A stretch of DNA of 63,565 nucleotides, counting the filler, from Choristocarpus tenellus KU-1152 (taxonomy: Eukaryota; Protista; Phaeophyceae), in the NCBI GenBank assembly GCA_964200185.2. It is 12 parts of 12 records of this genome, joined end to end, with 100 filler letters (N's around TTAATTAATTAA, not from the genome) between each part and the next. Parts side by side here need not be neighbours in the genome. Positions count along the whole stretch, not along the records: positions 1 to 11,709 come from CAXNAD020002176.1; positions 11,810 to 14,471 come from CAXNAD020025861.1; 10 more parts are not named here. One strand, written 5' to 3'. Positions 1-12,506 of the stretch are shown piece after piece (position 1 is the first letter of the stretch; each line of letters opens with the position of its first letter). A program made the position numbers and the translations under genes. The notes beneath the pieces are model-generated. The model was not told the DNA's origin. It did no database searches and saw only the letters and a list, made by a program, of their open reading frames with translations.

Positions 1-270
1 TGGTCTAGACCCCCCCCTCCCAGATACTTTGGGTCTTTGCCCTGTTTGTCCCTTTGGTGCTTGGGCTCCTCATGTTTTTTTTTATGACATCTTCCTACTC
101 CAAAATGTTTTGGAAGTAGGTAAAATGTATACGTTATGAAAAAGTGTGTCTGGAACAAGGATATTGACACTTCCTAACGAACGCGATAGGTAAAATTACA
201 TCAAAATCACAACATTGGATTTTGACACCCCCAAATGGACAGCGCTCTACCCTCTAGGATACTTTGACTC
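1..270 (+). mobile_element. MITE family A copy (36-270, left end outside the window) carrying the end of a nested family B copy (1-35)
   Basis: The B terminus CCCAGATACTTTGGGTC is followed directly by the A body TTTGCCCTGTTTGTCC, ending CTCTAGGATACTTTGACTC. The body aligns by eye with 1079-1317. Confidence 0.85.
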
Positions 271-1078
271 TATAGAGTAAAGAACTGTGATGATATGTAT
301 GTGTGAATGTCTGTGTGTAGTTTGAGGTGTTTCTATACATTCATGGACAGTCAAGAACAAAGGTATTGTTAGACAAATGTTACAAGAAAGATACAGTGTA
401 ATTGCATGCAACAATAGCTGTTTCGGAGTAGATGTAAGATGGTCACTGTTGAATGATATCTGAGTGATGATACTCCACGTAGTTGTTACAAGAGAAGTAT
501 GTTGCTTTGGTGAATATTTATATTGACAATGAAGGGTTCACCAGTGTCGTTGCTATCTCTTTTATTCTAGCTAGACAAGGCTAACTGGCCGTGCTCAAGG
601 AAAACTGAAAGGATAATAACAAGGCATAAGCTAAACCCCGTGACTTTCAAGGCAACCAGAAAGGCGAAACTATGTGTATAGCATAGGCTTGCTTGAATTA
701 TATGCAGTTGTGTAGTAACGTTTATTATGCTAAATTGCTTCCTTGACAGGCTTTACAAGAAGATGTTGTAATACATTCAGAGACAGGAAGCAGTAACATC
801 TCGTGGCAGTTTTCAGATCTACTATACGGGAGTACTTTCAGTTGTATAAAAAGCAGGATAAGAGGACGTTTTACGTTCATTGAACCAAGCAATACCTATC
901 ACAAATACCAGGTATATTGTCTTTTGGTGTATTGTGTGGCTTCTTCTAAGTAGAGAATACTCCTGATGGTACCTAAAAGAGTCATTTGCCAGGAAGAATA
1001 TTAATCTACATACGTCATTTTTGCTTCGAATATATGACTGGTGTAAGAGGGAAGAGACACAGGCAGAACTTAATGAAC

Positions 1079-1317
1079 GAGTGAAAGTATCTTAGAGGGT
1101 ACGAGTTTTTCTTGTTTGTCCGTTTGGGGCTTGGCTTCCCACGGTTTTTGACCCAAAGTATCTGGGTAGGTAAAATGTACACGTTATGAAAAGGTGTGTC
1201 CGGAACAAGGATGTTGATACTCCTAACAAACATTACAGCCAAAATTACGTCAAAATCGCAACATTTGATTCTGTCCCCAAAATGGACGCAGCTCTACCCT
1301 CTAAGATACTTTAACTC
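1079..1317 (+). mobile_element. MITE family A, complete (~240 bp), Sola2-like non-autonomous DNA transposon
   Basis: TIRs GAGTGAAAGTATCTTAGAGGGTA and TACCCTCTAAGATACTTTAACTC. Perfect 4-bp TSD GAAC at 1075-1078 and 1318-1321. Confidence 0.92.
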
Positions 1318-1849
1318 GAACACAATGAATTTTATGATGTATACACTCACAACAAAGACCTAGGAACACTGAACCTTAAACATATTGTGAAAACTGTTCG
1401 GTATTTGGTCGAGATTTCACAGTCTTTTTTACCTTCCTCCAAGCCAAACGTGGCTGCACCTTTAGCTTCTTGCCCTGCTTCAGTAGCCTTTTGTGAAAAA
1501 ATACCTAGAAGGATTGGTAGAGTACGGAATACTCGATGTTAAGTGAATATGCATAGCAGCGTGCTTTGTACGTTTAGTGGTGATATGGAGGGAAACTTGA
1601 TAAAAAACAATCGTCGGACTTTGAACGACAGCATTCCACTTTGTAAAGTGAATCCGTTAACATCGACAATGTGGCCGTTTTCCTCTTGACAACCCGAGCC
1701 TTTATTGGCGTAACAGACGCCGACTGGTATGGTATTGTGCAAGTGGCACGGGTACAACAAAATCAGCTATGATGCGGCATAGCAATTAACAATTGCAAAT
1801 CATCTCCTGTCCACCCCCCAAATATTAGCGCGTTCGAGATGGAAAGGTG

Positions 1850-3090
1850 TCAAGGTTTCCACCACCAGCTGTTCATGGAGAAGCGAAGTTGAAGACTTGG
1901 AAAATCATTAGGTGCATAGAATACTTTCGATGTGGTACTTTTAATAAGCAAGGACGCGATATCCACGGAATGAGGATCATTCTCAAGGCATAAGAGGGCA
2001 CTTGGTGGTAAAACGTGGAAGAAGAACGGGGATTTATGTTTGTTTATAACTCTCACTCATACCAAGGGGACACAAGATGCTGTGCACCTGCAATATAAGG
2101 ATGCAAGCATTTCGTGGAATCAGAGACTTGCTCTGGGAAAGGAGAACGACACATTACCCTTACACACCTTTAGAAGGAAAAGGTGTAAATGCTTTTCGAA
2201 CATTGCAAGAAAGGAAGGGTTTATGACGCAGGACAAGTCAGCAAAATGAAAATGTTAGTCAGAGGCAACAAGGCGAGGGGATACAAATTAAGAACAACAG
2301 TACTGTACGAGCAGGTGAAGAGCACCTTGTGAGTACTATACTTCGGAAATATGATGAAGGATGTTTTCAACGTCACAATGATGTAGTAATGATAGAGAAG
2401 TTCTGTTTTAGTCTCTGATTTTGTGTGGGGTAGTCTCTCTGGTTCTGTGATCCCACAGAGAGATGGAGAACACACGTATATGTGACCTACCCATTTCTAC
2501 ATTGGTTTTTCATCTATGAAGTACGTTTTCAAATACAAAAAACTAATCATCCTGCTCTACACTGGGCAGCTCACTGACTCTCTATGATATCTTCTCCATA
2601 TTTGGTCTGTCATGGAGGCTCAATGTTTTGGTCTTGCAACTACCAAAACGAGGGGTGTCTCCTAAGGGATTGCAACACTCATGAATCATGATTGATATGA
2701 GCATTGGTCAGCAAATATCCATTTTCAAAAAGGGCATACAACAAGTAACTACGTCAAGAAAATACTCAAATCTCACTTCAGGGTGTACAAAGGTACAAAA
2801 TCCACAAATGACACCTTATTAAGTGCTTTTTGGTGTATCATGGCAAAATCGACGGATTGATGTGTATGATGAAGAATTTTGACTCTGAGCATACAAGGCA
2901 TGGCTAATATCTATATATATACAATAGATTCAACCTTCGTGCAAAGCTACGATAAATTGCCGAGGAGGTATAGCCGTCATAAGGTCCTTGCAATGCCAAT
3001 CATTAGACGGGTAGTCTAAGCTTCGATATCAAGGAAACGCACATATACTCTTCAAGAAGTAAGCAGCAAATCTCTGTTTGGGGCATGTCC
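1850..3090 (+). pseudogene. Highly degraded Ty1/Copia-like reverse transcriptase/RNase H remnant
   Basis: Eroded, collinear fragments resemble Copia RT blocks: a KARLVVKG-like stretch near 1995, GEEHLV before the expected YVDD near 2315, and a HWAA-like stretch near 2560. Many stops and frameshifts. Confidence 0.3.
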
Positions 3091-3380
3091 AAGCAACAGT
3101 GCCTTGCGTGTTCAGTCCACGCCAAGTTGAATGCAACCATAAATGATACAATAAAACGCAATCACAATAATACAATAATAGAATCACTCCGTCCAACCTT
3201 GGCAAGCAACAAAGATGAAGCGCTCATTCTACCCTGCAATATATACACACTTGAAAGTTCATTACAAATCCATCACGTCCCTACAAAATGCCTTGATCAG
3301 AGCAACTATTAATAACTGATTAAAAACACTAGCGCAAAAGCCTCGATAACGAGACTTCCTGGAGTGAGAGGATGCTGCCT

Positions 3381-4016
3381 CTACTCCGAGTCCTCGAAGT
3401 CGTCCTCGAAGAGACCATCTCCCCAGTAATGCTCGAAGATTTTGGGAAACATCACGGCGAATCGTTTTTGAACGACGTTGCTGGCAGTTTTGAAGGTGTG
3501 GGGAGCACAACGTGCATCAACATTGCTGATGCGGTCGTGGAGGCCTTGGACTTGCTGAGGGTCCCAGTAGAGCTTCCATTCAGGGTGATGCTCCACCACA
3601 TGTCTGCTGCAGACATGGCTAAATCTGGCAAACACATTCGTCTTGGCAGCCTCTTCCTCTGACGCGGTCCACTCCACCCATTCTCCAAGGACATTCCCAA
3701 TCTGGACCTTGCAATCGTTCAGCATCTGGCGATATTTCTCCAAGTCGAAGCTCTCACTCCATGGTAGTGGTTCCTGTTTGATGCAGAAGAACCACCACTC
3801 CCTGACCATGTGTCGCTTTGGTGGGATCATGCAAAGGGTCTCTTCGTCGCACTCATCAGACTGCTCCTCAGAACACCGATCCTGATTGCGTTTCCATTGA
3901 TACTGTTGTGCAACCATTTGCTTGCAGTAGGAGTGCGAGGGCATTGGGTAACAGGCAGGAATGATTGACTTTTCATGTTCTTCCCGTGTTTGAACTTCTC
4001 TCCGTGTAGTCGCCAT
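3381..4016 (-). CDS. Intronless hypothetical protein, 211 aa
   Basis: Complete ATG-to-stop ORF with globular composition (Trp/His/Cys-rich, acidic C-terminal tail). GC looks higher than the flanks. No family recognised. Confidence 0.55.
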   Translation of the reverse strand: MATTRREVQTREEHEKSIIPACYPMPSHSYCKQMVAQQYQWKRNQDRCSEEQSDECDEETLCMIPPKRHMVREWWFFCIKQEPLPWSESFDLEKYRQMLNDCKVQIGNVLGEWVEWTASEEEAAKTNVFARFSHVCSRHVVEHHPEWKLYWDPQQVQGLHDRISNVDARCAPHTFKTASNVVQKRFAVMFPKIFEHYWGDGLFEDDFEDSE

Positions 4017-4611
4017 GGTTGTAGAGGCCTACAACACGTAGTAATAGTCAGTAAACGAAAGTTTTCCGCGTTGTATGTCAAAACCACTGGTCTAACGGTT
4101 GCACAAGGGTAACAACGATATTTTACAATGGGAGCCAAGGGTTGGTTACAACGGGGAAAAATTCTGAAATGTTTTGGTTTCGTGACACATCTACAAAATT
4201 CTTCAGCCCATAAATCAGATCGTAGTAGTGCGTTCGTTGAGGGGTATCAAATTACGACATTTATCACTCACCGTACATTAATTTGGTATTAATTTCTTCT
4301 TGTCTTACTGTTGTATTGCCAACTTCACCTTAAAACAAATTTGTTACCTTAAAGCAAGTATCTGACATAGATACTATTCTTCTTCACTTCACGTACATAC
4401 ATACATACCCATCTTATGATACTAACGCAACCGTTACTTTTTTACTGTTTATTCTGACATGTGAATAGTTTTTGTTGATTTTTCCCTCATAGATGTGTAA
4501 AATGTCAAAAGAGCATGATAATAAAAATAATAAGGGTTAAACTTCCCATATTGGAGTGGGTTCGCTGGACATTTCCTTGATCAAACGGAAAGACAACGGA
4601 AGTACTTGTCC

Positions 4612-4710
4612 CTATCTCTAACTCAACCCTAACTCAACCCTAACTCAACCCTAACCTAACCCTAACCTAACCCTGACCTAACCCTAACCTAACCCTATAT
4701 CCCTAACCCT
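4612..4710. repeat. Interstitial telomere-like tract built from CCCTAACTCAA and CCCTAACCTAA 11-mers
   Basis: Read directly from the sequence. Confidence 0.9.
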
Positions 4711-4849
4711 TCCAATTCAATAAAAAAAACTGAAGCGAACGATCTAATCCACTCGAACCTTGGAAGGTGCTCCAGATTCCTCACGAGTGTGGGAGATGGT
4801 ATTATTAGTAACGATATACACATTTCACAGACATCTGTATATATGTATG

Positions 4850-7250
4850 CGGTAACAACACTGACTGGTGTGCTTCTCGCACTCCCTGACCTATTAGTAC
4901 TTGTATCTAACTCAACAATTGTAGTGCGATAATAGCACTACTACCTTCGTTCGCGTCTGTTTCTCCTGCACTATATAGGTTAAGTCATTCATTACCAGCC
5001 ATCCCACCACTCGACACTCGACAATTCCTTCCTCGAGTCTTGTACTGAACCTCCTGCTCTGATGTCTCTTCTCAACAGCAATGAAGTCTTTACAAAGTCT
5101 TGGCGGTGTCAATGGGGTTCGAATTCCCCAAGTTCGTGCAGGGAGAGCCTCTGCTCAACAGTTACTGGACCAAAAAGGATGGTCGTTGTTGAATACCCAA
5201 CTTAAAAGGCTGAACATACCAACATACAGAGTAACAAATGCACCCAAAAAGTAGTCGAGGGGACGATTTTGAGTCTACTTCGGAAATCTCCACTAGTTGA
5301 ACACAAATTGAAGGTGTTGGGTGTTGGTGGCAATGACCCATTTTTTTCTCTGCTTATCAGAAATCGGCAGCAGGCACTCAGGAGCAATTAGGGATAGTTG
5401 GAGGTGCCACATAGTCGGTGGCCAGCACCCAGCACCCAGGATCCTGTAGCAGGATACAGAACATAACACCCAGCATCCCAAACCAGGATCGTTAATAATA
5501 TCTTCAAGGATAATTTTTTGGTTAGTGGTGGTGACCCCAAAGGCAAGAGGCCATAGGGCAGTTTCCTTCTGATTCTGCTTTCAGCATCTTTATTCCTGAC
5601 GTCCTCTTCCACTTCCTCAACCCTTACCAATCCGAGAAAACTCTCTTATGATGAGCTTGTACCTCTATCCAAACAGGAGGTTTCAACCTCATATTCTCCT
5701 TGTGCTACTCTCAATCAGTCCAGGGTATACCCATCCTCAACACCCCCCAGCTCTTAGGTTGAGAGCACACCCGCCTTTCTAAAGCCTGGGCGGATGTTAG
5801 GGGGAAATATGAAGATGGGAGTTGCCTGCTCCTCGACAATTAAAATATGGTTAGGGGGGATTTCAAGCGTCCAGTATGCGCTGCATATATCACCATCTCA
5901 CTCAAATTTGTTTGGTAAGTTAGCCAAACCAATTGAGAGGTAGGCAGGTTTGACCCCTTCTGAATTTTTAGCCATCTTTCTTACCCTGTACAATACACTA
6001 TACTTCGTTTCTTTTTATGCACAATGGTTATGTTAAATTTACACTTCCCCTTTCCACACTCAAAATGACCCCACACAAGAAAGCAAATACTCTTTCTGCA
6101 CTTGTACAATATGACGTCTTTTTGACCTTTCTCTAGACCCTTTAAATGCAGCCCAGCGTATCTCTCGATTGGTTTGGCTCAAACTCACCCACTACAAACA
6201 TGGTAGGCATTCTGAGCGAAGTTGGTTGTAACCCCATTAGACGAACAGACGGAGAGAGAGGAGAAGAGATTAAATGCAAGACCAGGGACAAGAGTGACGG
6301 ACTCCAAACATTACATTATTATTTATACTTATGCTGCCCTACTTTGGACCTTATTCCAAGCATTCCTTACCCCCTCAATCATAGGCGATAAATGGACATC
6401 TGCAATTATTATCCAGCAGCCAATCACAACAGGGTCAAATATTGTACACACATGTGTGTGGGGTCATTAGTTGTGCTCTTGGATGTCCCTGAATCAAAAC
6501 ACCGTTTCTCTATAACAAACACACCCACGTGATCTTTGTCGGCTACCGTAGCCAAATTGGAATCTACTGCCTGACTTCCGCCGTCCATCTCACTAGGCTC
6601 CTCTCCTGCCCCAGACAATATTTCTCCTTCAGTGGATTCAAATCCACAACTCAAACACTTGAACCTTGAACTCCCACCTTCAGTTTCTCCAACTTACTTC
6701 AACGACTAGTGTTGTCTGGGTATCTGATTGTACGACCCCTTTTTAGAGGCTATCGATTGCTCAAGGATGCAAGGAGTGCACGGTTCCCTTGGGCTTATCT
6801 ACTGTCCGTAGTTGTCCCCAATTAATGATTACATGCTGCAAAAATAAAACTTCAGAAGTTAAACTATCGGCAAAGAGTTGTTCGTGTGCAAAAATCTCCT
6901 TGGTCCTTTGTCATCAAGGTGCCAACGCAAAAAGGACTGAGTCTTTATCACGATGCAACTTCCTTTAAAACATGAAAAGATCTTGTGTGTGTACTGTACT
7001 ACCTTGCTCATTACCGTCCGCTTCAATGTGGTGCGCCCCTCGAGCAGGGAGCTGAACCAAGGTTTTGTGCGTACCTTTATAGGACCACTCCTGGACATTC
7101 ACAGAACGGCAATGGAAAAGATCTTTTGGCTGGTGGGTTGGGACAGTGTGTTGGGCAATCATTGCAGACATCTTTGCACACCTGAGCTATAGAGTAGTGG
7201 TCGTTGTGTGCACTCCAGTATATATTGAGACATATACACATCCTCAATAG
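4850..7250 (+). mobile_element. Degraded Ty3/Gypsy-like LTR retrotransposon (LTR end, PBS, integrase HHCC relic)
   Basis: An LTR-like end (TTACA, ~5094) is followed by TGGCGGTGTCAATGGGGTTCGAA at 5101-5123, which is complementary to a tRNA 3' end. At 7090-7190 the fragment GH...RTAMEKIFWLVGW...C resembles the integrase Zn-binding region. Boundaries approximate. Confidence 0.5.
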
Positions 7251-7723
7251 ACAATTGCATCGAGGTTGACTACAATTGTTCAGAGGTGAAGAGTTCCATC
7301 TGTAAATTAATCAAGAGGGGCCTTTCGTGAATATTAGCAAGGGGATGGACGGATCAGCGTTAGGTTCCAGAAAATGACCAGAAATGGCATGGTGCTGATT
7401 AAGAATCACACTAAGGCCTGTATGTACAAATACATGAAAGACCTTAGCATATTGTTAAGACACGCCAATGCTCATCGCCGTCCCTCCACTCCGTACACCA
7501 CTTCAACACACCTTGAGTTCGAACAGGCTATAAAAAATATAGAATCCAACCTAAAGAGTGTAGAGATCATATCATGCTTGTAACCTTCAGTGAAGCCCTC
7601 CATTGTGTTTATCACTGGAACGCTTGTAATATGATGCACTACTCAGTTTTCCTGACCATGTACTCATATAACCAATGCACGCACTCCTCTGCGTGAAAGC
7701 CCTACTAATCCAATTGCACACTT

Positions 7724-7930
7724 GTGTTGCTCGATTCTCTACTCTGTCCTGTTGTAAAGAAGGGTCTGAGAAAGCTGCTGACAATGAACGACCTCGGTTA
7801 CTTCCACAGTGATATTAAGCCCAGCGACATTCTCATCAATCTATATGCAAGAATCACTGTGATGTGTGGGATATCACATATATGTGGACTTTGGATCGGT
7901 GAGAGTTGCACCACTGGTGGGTGACACATG
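7724..7930 (+). pseudogene. Protein kinase pseudogene fragment
   Basis: Catalytic-loop-like GYFHSDIKPSDILI (invariant N replaced by D), then a frameshifted IYVDFGS (DFG motif). Confidence 0.6.
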
Positions 7931-10132
7931 GATTTATTTACATGCTTGCCATTAAGACGCCCGTCGATGCCTGCCCCACATGTCTCTTGTGGCAAAGGTA
8001 AAGTGTGTTGTCAAGCTCCCCTCAGTTTGCCTGGTTGTTGTCTTGCTCCACGTTTGAGTGGAAAGAAATGAAATGTCAACTATTATAATGTAGCCAACCA
8101 ACTGTTTCCTTGAGAGAATGCACAAGAAGACTTGACTCAAGGCTGGTTGATGGTATTTTGGTACTTCTTGGTCTACAGCAGTAGCTCAGGTAGCAGCATG
8201 CATAGCAGAGGTGTCGGGGAATAATGGGTTGGACATGACATTTTTTTTTACATCTTAGAGGCCTGTTCACTTCCTGCGTCTCTCGGCCTTCCTTACCCAT
8301 TCTGGATGGGATGTTGTCCATGGATCCCATCAGGGCGACCTGCACCAGACAGAGTTGAGCCTCAAATATCGTACAGAAGACAATACCTGCCTATTGACAC
8401 GGTAAGGTGTTGGTTGGTGCCTCTGGGTGTAGCGTGACCCGTTGTGACATGCTGCATGCAACCGTATATAGTTGCTGAATGCTGGACACCATGGCTGTCT
8501 AGAGGTGTGGCTTTATGCGTGTCTCTGCTAAGTGTGCATAGAAATGCAAAGTTTGGTGCCTTGGAGGCCAGTATTGATACCAGCACTTCAAACATCACTT
8601 GTGTGCCTGGTCTGAGTGCCTGCATATATATACTTCTCATCCTTGTGGTCATATTTCTAATTTACTCCTCTGGACGGTGCCGTGCTGCGGATAATTGCCA
8701 CTCTGCCGGGGACTCAACAGAAGGATATATTGATCAATGCGAGAGATGATGACATGTGGGCTTACGGGATGACAATAGACGTGCTAATGACTGACACCAT
8801 GATAGCAGACGGACTCGGCATTGGAACGGATACGAATACCCCACGCCCACCTGCTATGCCTGAAGGTGAGAAAGGTGTAGTCAGGCTACCACCATAACAG
8901 TATATTGGGCATGTAGCACAGACTAGAGTGCGGGTGAACGTTTCCTTGTGTTTTTTCTTCTGTTTTGATATTCTGCTGGTTCGTTGGTTGGTCATGTGTA
9001 GTTTCTGTTATAATTATTGTTGCACCTGCTCTTAGTACGATAGAAGCAAGAGCATGAATAGGACCAAGTGTCGCTACTGAAAGTAAAAAGAAAAGAGGCA
9101 TAATTCCAGCACTCAAGGGGTCTACATTATCTCAAATGGTCAAATTGGATTGTGTGGGCTGACTGTAACTACCCCAGGTATTCTGGATTAGTACTGTTGT
9201 AACTGGGGCCACTTCACCTACTGTCGTGTGAGGCTCATAACCTGTTGAAACCTGAATCGAATGCATTGTATATGTAAGCGAAATGCGTAGACCACAAATG
9301 ACGTACCCACTACCATGTACGCCAATCATCTCTAGTTTTCTTTTGAAGTGTGAGGGTGTCCTTATTAGAATCACTATCAACCTGGGCATTTTTTATAGTA
9401 TTGGCTGATTGCTAATCGGTCTTTTTGTGAAAGGAAGATTTTTTTTTTATGGGCACTACGTATTTGTGAAAAAATCTCTTCTCACAAATATTTTCAAAAG
9501 TTCTATTATTGTGCGGGACCTCTTGGATCCTCTCCTTCCTCCCTTCCTCCTCATTCTTCTTTGGTTGGTTGAAAATGAAAAACGATATTCGAAATGGTTA
9601 GTGGTGCAATGGACGCAATGGCTACTACTAATTTGATTATAGTAGATTGGTTTACCATGTTGCTACCCAATGTATTTGATGGATATATATATGGATGGCA
9701 TATGTCAGTACATGTCAGCACATGGAAGATGTGATGTTCCGGTCAAGTTGAGGAAATTCGGGAATAGTCAAACATGGTTGTTCCAGTGTTCAACCAGGTG
9801 TTGTTATTGGGTTGGGGTGTGCCTCTTTAAGAACTGTAGACCGAAGGGTCGTAAGATCAACTTTATTAAACAAACACACGCTACGTTATGGACTTGGGTA
9901 GGATATTTTTGGACTACAACTGTTAGAGGATTGGAGTATAAGCAAAACCAGTAACAGTTTATGAGTTCAGAAACATGCAACCCTAAAAATTGATTTTAGG
10001 TGACATGTTGCTCCGTTGCACCCGAAATGGTCAAGAGTAGTGATCGAAACACATTTAGAATGTTCAACACAGGACACCACTTCCCCTTGAAGCGTTGATC
10101 AACCACCTCAACCCTCTCATGCTCGGTCGAGT

Positions 10133-11227
10133 ATGTTGGGTAAACCAACCATCGTTCCGCCACCAATTCCGCATCCCCAGACACCTCGGGGGACACCTCA
10201 ACATGGGGCAGTTGTGGGAAGGGCGAGGTTGAGGAAAGCAGCGAGGGTGGCTCCAACTGCGGACTCCCCTGCACCAGGCATGCCAGGACCAGAAGGACCA
10301 CCAACGACGCCTGTACTCGTTAAGGCAGGCACCATGAGGGAGGTTGACTACACCTGTAAGTATAGAATTGAATCCTCCCCAGCTCTCGCAAAGTTTACCC
10401 GAACGGACGTGTGGGGGGTGATGATCGAGAAAAGTGTAGGCAATAATAAAGTACAGTCGATAAAATCGACGATCGACGTCATTGTAAAGGCGAATGAAAA
10501 GATCCTGGACAAGGGCCTTGTTTTGCCCTGTGCACCCAGCAATGACGAGAAGGAGCTGTACCTCGTCACAAACCGTTGCTTCTTGGTGACGTGTGGCATG
10601 ATATCTTTGGTCACATTGTCCGCAGGAATGTGGCTATTTGTGCTAAGTAGTAAGTACTTCTACTGGTTCGGAGCTGCTGCAGCGTTCTTCATGACCTATC
10701 TGCTCATTTCTTACCTTGGTATTGCCATATGGGGGAAGGACTTCGATCATGAGGAGCACAGGGAGATAATGGTGAAGGCGATGGATAAAGGCTATTTCCC
10801 ATTTGTCGACATCTTTTTGCCGTGTTGTGGGGAGCCGTTATCCTTGATGGCGAACACATACAAATATGTGCAGTCACTCGACTGGCCAAACCTCAAGGTG
10901 CACGTGCTCGATGATGGAGCGGAGGAAGAGGTCCGACATCTAGCAGAGCTCCATGGTTTCAATTACATTCAGAGAGACAACCGACCAGAACTTAGGAAGG
11001 CTGGCAATCTCCGCTGGGCATTTGCAAATACCTCTGGTGACCTTATCGTCGTCTTTGATGCAGATTTCTGTCCCCGGTCAGATTTTTTAAGGGAGACGGT
11101 GCCATATTTCAGGGATAAAAAGATCGCCATTCTGCAGACTCCACAATTTTTCCGCCATCGGTCGAACCAGTCGTGGGTGGAGCGTGGTGCAGGGGTTACC
11201 CAGGAACTCTTCTACCGCATGGTACAG
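10133..11227 (+). CDS. Cellulose synthase-like GT2 glycosyltransferase (BcsA/CesA type), large 5' exon; gene cut by the contig end
   Basis: Two N-terminal TM helices, then DIFLPCCGEP, VLDDG, KAGNLR, FDADF, QTPQFF and FYRMVQ. Donor CAG|GTGAGC at 11227. The QxxRW motif would lie in missing downstream exons. Confidence 0.9.
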
Positions 11228-11709
11228 GTGAGCACGTGGAAGAGAGAAGGTGGGTTACTTCTCTTTCTCTCGTTGAGAGTCAGTAAGAAAAGTAGCACAT
11301 AGTGTGAATTGGGGTGTGTAACAATGGATAGCACGTGCTCACTAGAGTCAGGGTGGGTTTTGAAATAGTAATTTCTATAGCTAGTACGTTATATATATAG
11401 TGCACGATTCTCCGCAAGTATCATATGTAGCTGTTATATGGAATATTCTACTCCCCAGTTCTGTAAATAGAGGTCTTCATTGTAGTTTGCTCTACCACAA
11501 TCGATTGAGTTGAATTGTCTGTGCCAAAATTGAGGTTGAAGGGAGACTTTACACTAGGCGAAATGCATTCTATTGACTGAACATTCGACGAATAATGATA
11601 ACTTGTCATATTGGAAGCTCTGTGGTTGCTATCCTTCGATATTCTCTCCCTTATCGACGTGCTCCTTCTTTTCTTCGTACCTTGACTCAGCTCTGTATAG
11701 GCTTATTTG

Positions 11710-11809
11710 NNNNNNNNNNNNNNNNNNNNNNNNNNNNNNNNNNNNNNNNNNNNTTAATTAATTAANNNNNNNNNNNNNNNNNNNNNNNNNNNNNNNNNNN
11801 NNNNNNNNN
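11710..11809. other. Artificial contig-joining linker (N44-TTAATTAATTAA-N44). Same linker at 14472, 18515, 22831, 26458, 29838, 32818, 35557, 46305, 56553 and 60484
   Basis: Identical 100-nt spacer occurs 11 times, with stop codons in all six frames. Confidence 0.98.
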
Positions 11810-12506
11810 GGGGGGGGGGGGGGGGAAAAGCCGGGGGGGGGGGCGTGTTTCGGGGCGGGGGGGGGGGGGGGGGGGGGGGGGCAGGGGGGGGGGGGGGAGA
11901 TGGAGGGAGTGGTGGAGCAGGTGGGATGGCTGGAGGGGATCGTGCAAAGGTAGGTAAAAGTTACTGCCACATTGGGGGTGGGAGGTGTAGAAGAGCACAG
12001 GGGGTACGGAATTGTGGTATGTTGCCTGTTGCTATCTGTTGATATCGACCTCTATAGATTCCTCCCTCTGGCCTATCCCTCTTTCCCTGCATTTTTTTTT
12101 TTGTAGACATCCCAATGATTTATGATTTGTTCAGGAACATCAGTCTCTCTCCCAGTACATGTAGTGGATGGTCAGTTCTGTCAACCCATCCCCCTATTCA
12201 TCCATCTTTCCATCCTTCTCAACAACTCGCCCCTTCCAATGTTATTGTTTTCCCTGTTGATGATCATGCCACCCCCACCCTCTCCACTTATATCAGATGC
12301 AAAACAACATGGCTTACTACTTGACTGCCATCCTCCCCAACCAAGAATCACATATACTCTCAGCCCTTATCACTTACCATCCCTGATCACCTCGCCATCT
12401 CACCCATATCCCACCTATATATTCCTACCCAACGCACCCTCCAATTCCCCCCCTCCCTGGCCCGTTCCTCCCACTGCTGTTACTTTCTTTTTCATCTGTT
12501 GCTGAG

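Noticed and set aside
11710-11809. TTAATTAATTAA recurring 11 times as a biological motif
   Set aside because: Always centred in fixed N-runs. It is a synthetic six-frame-stop linker.
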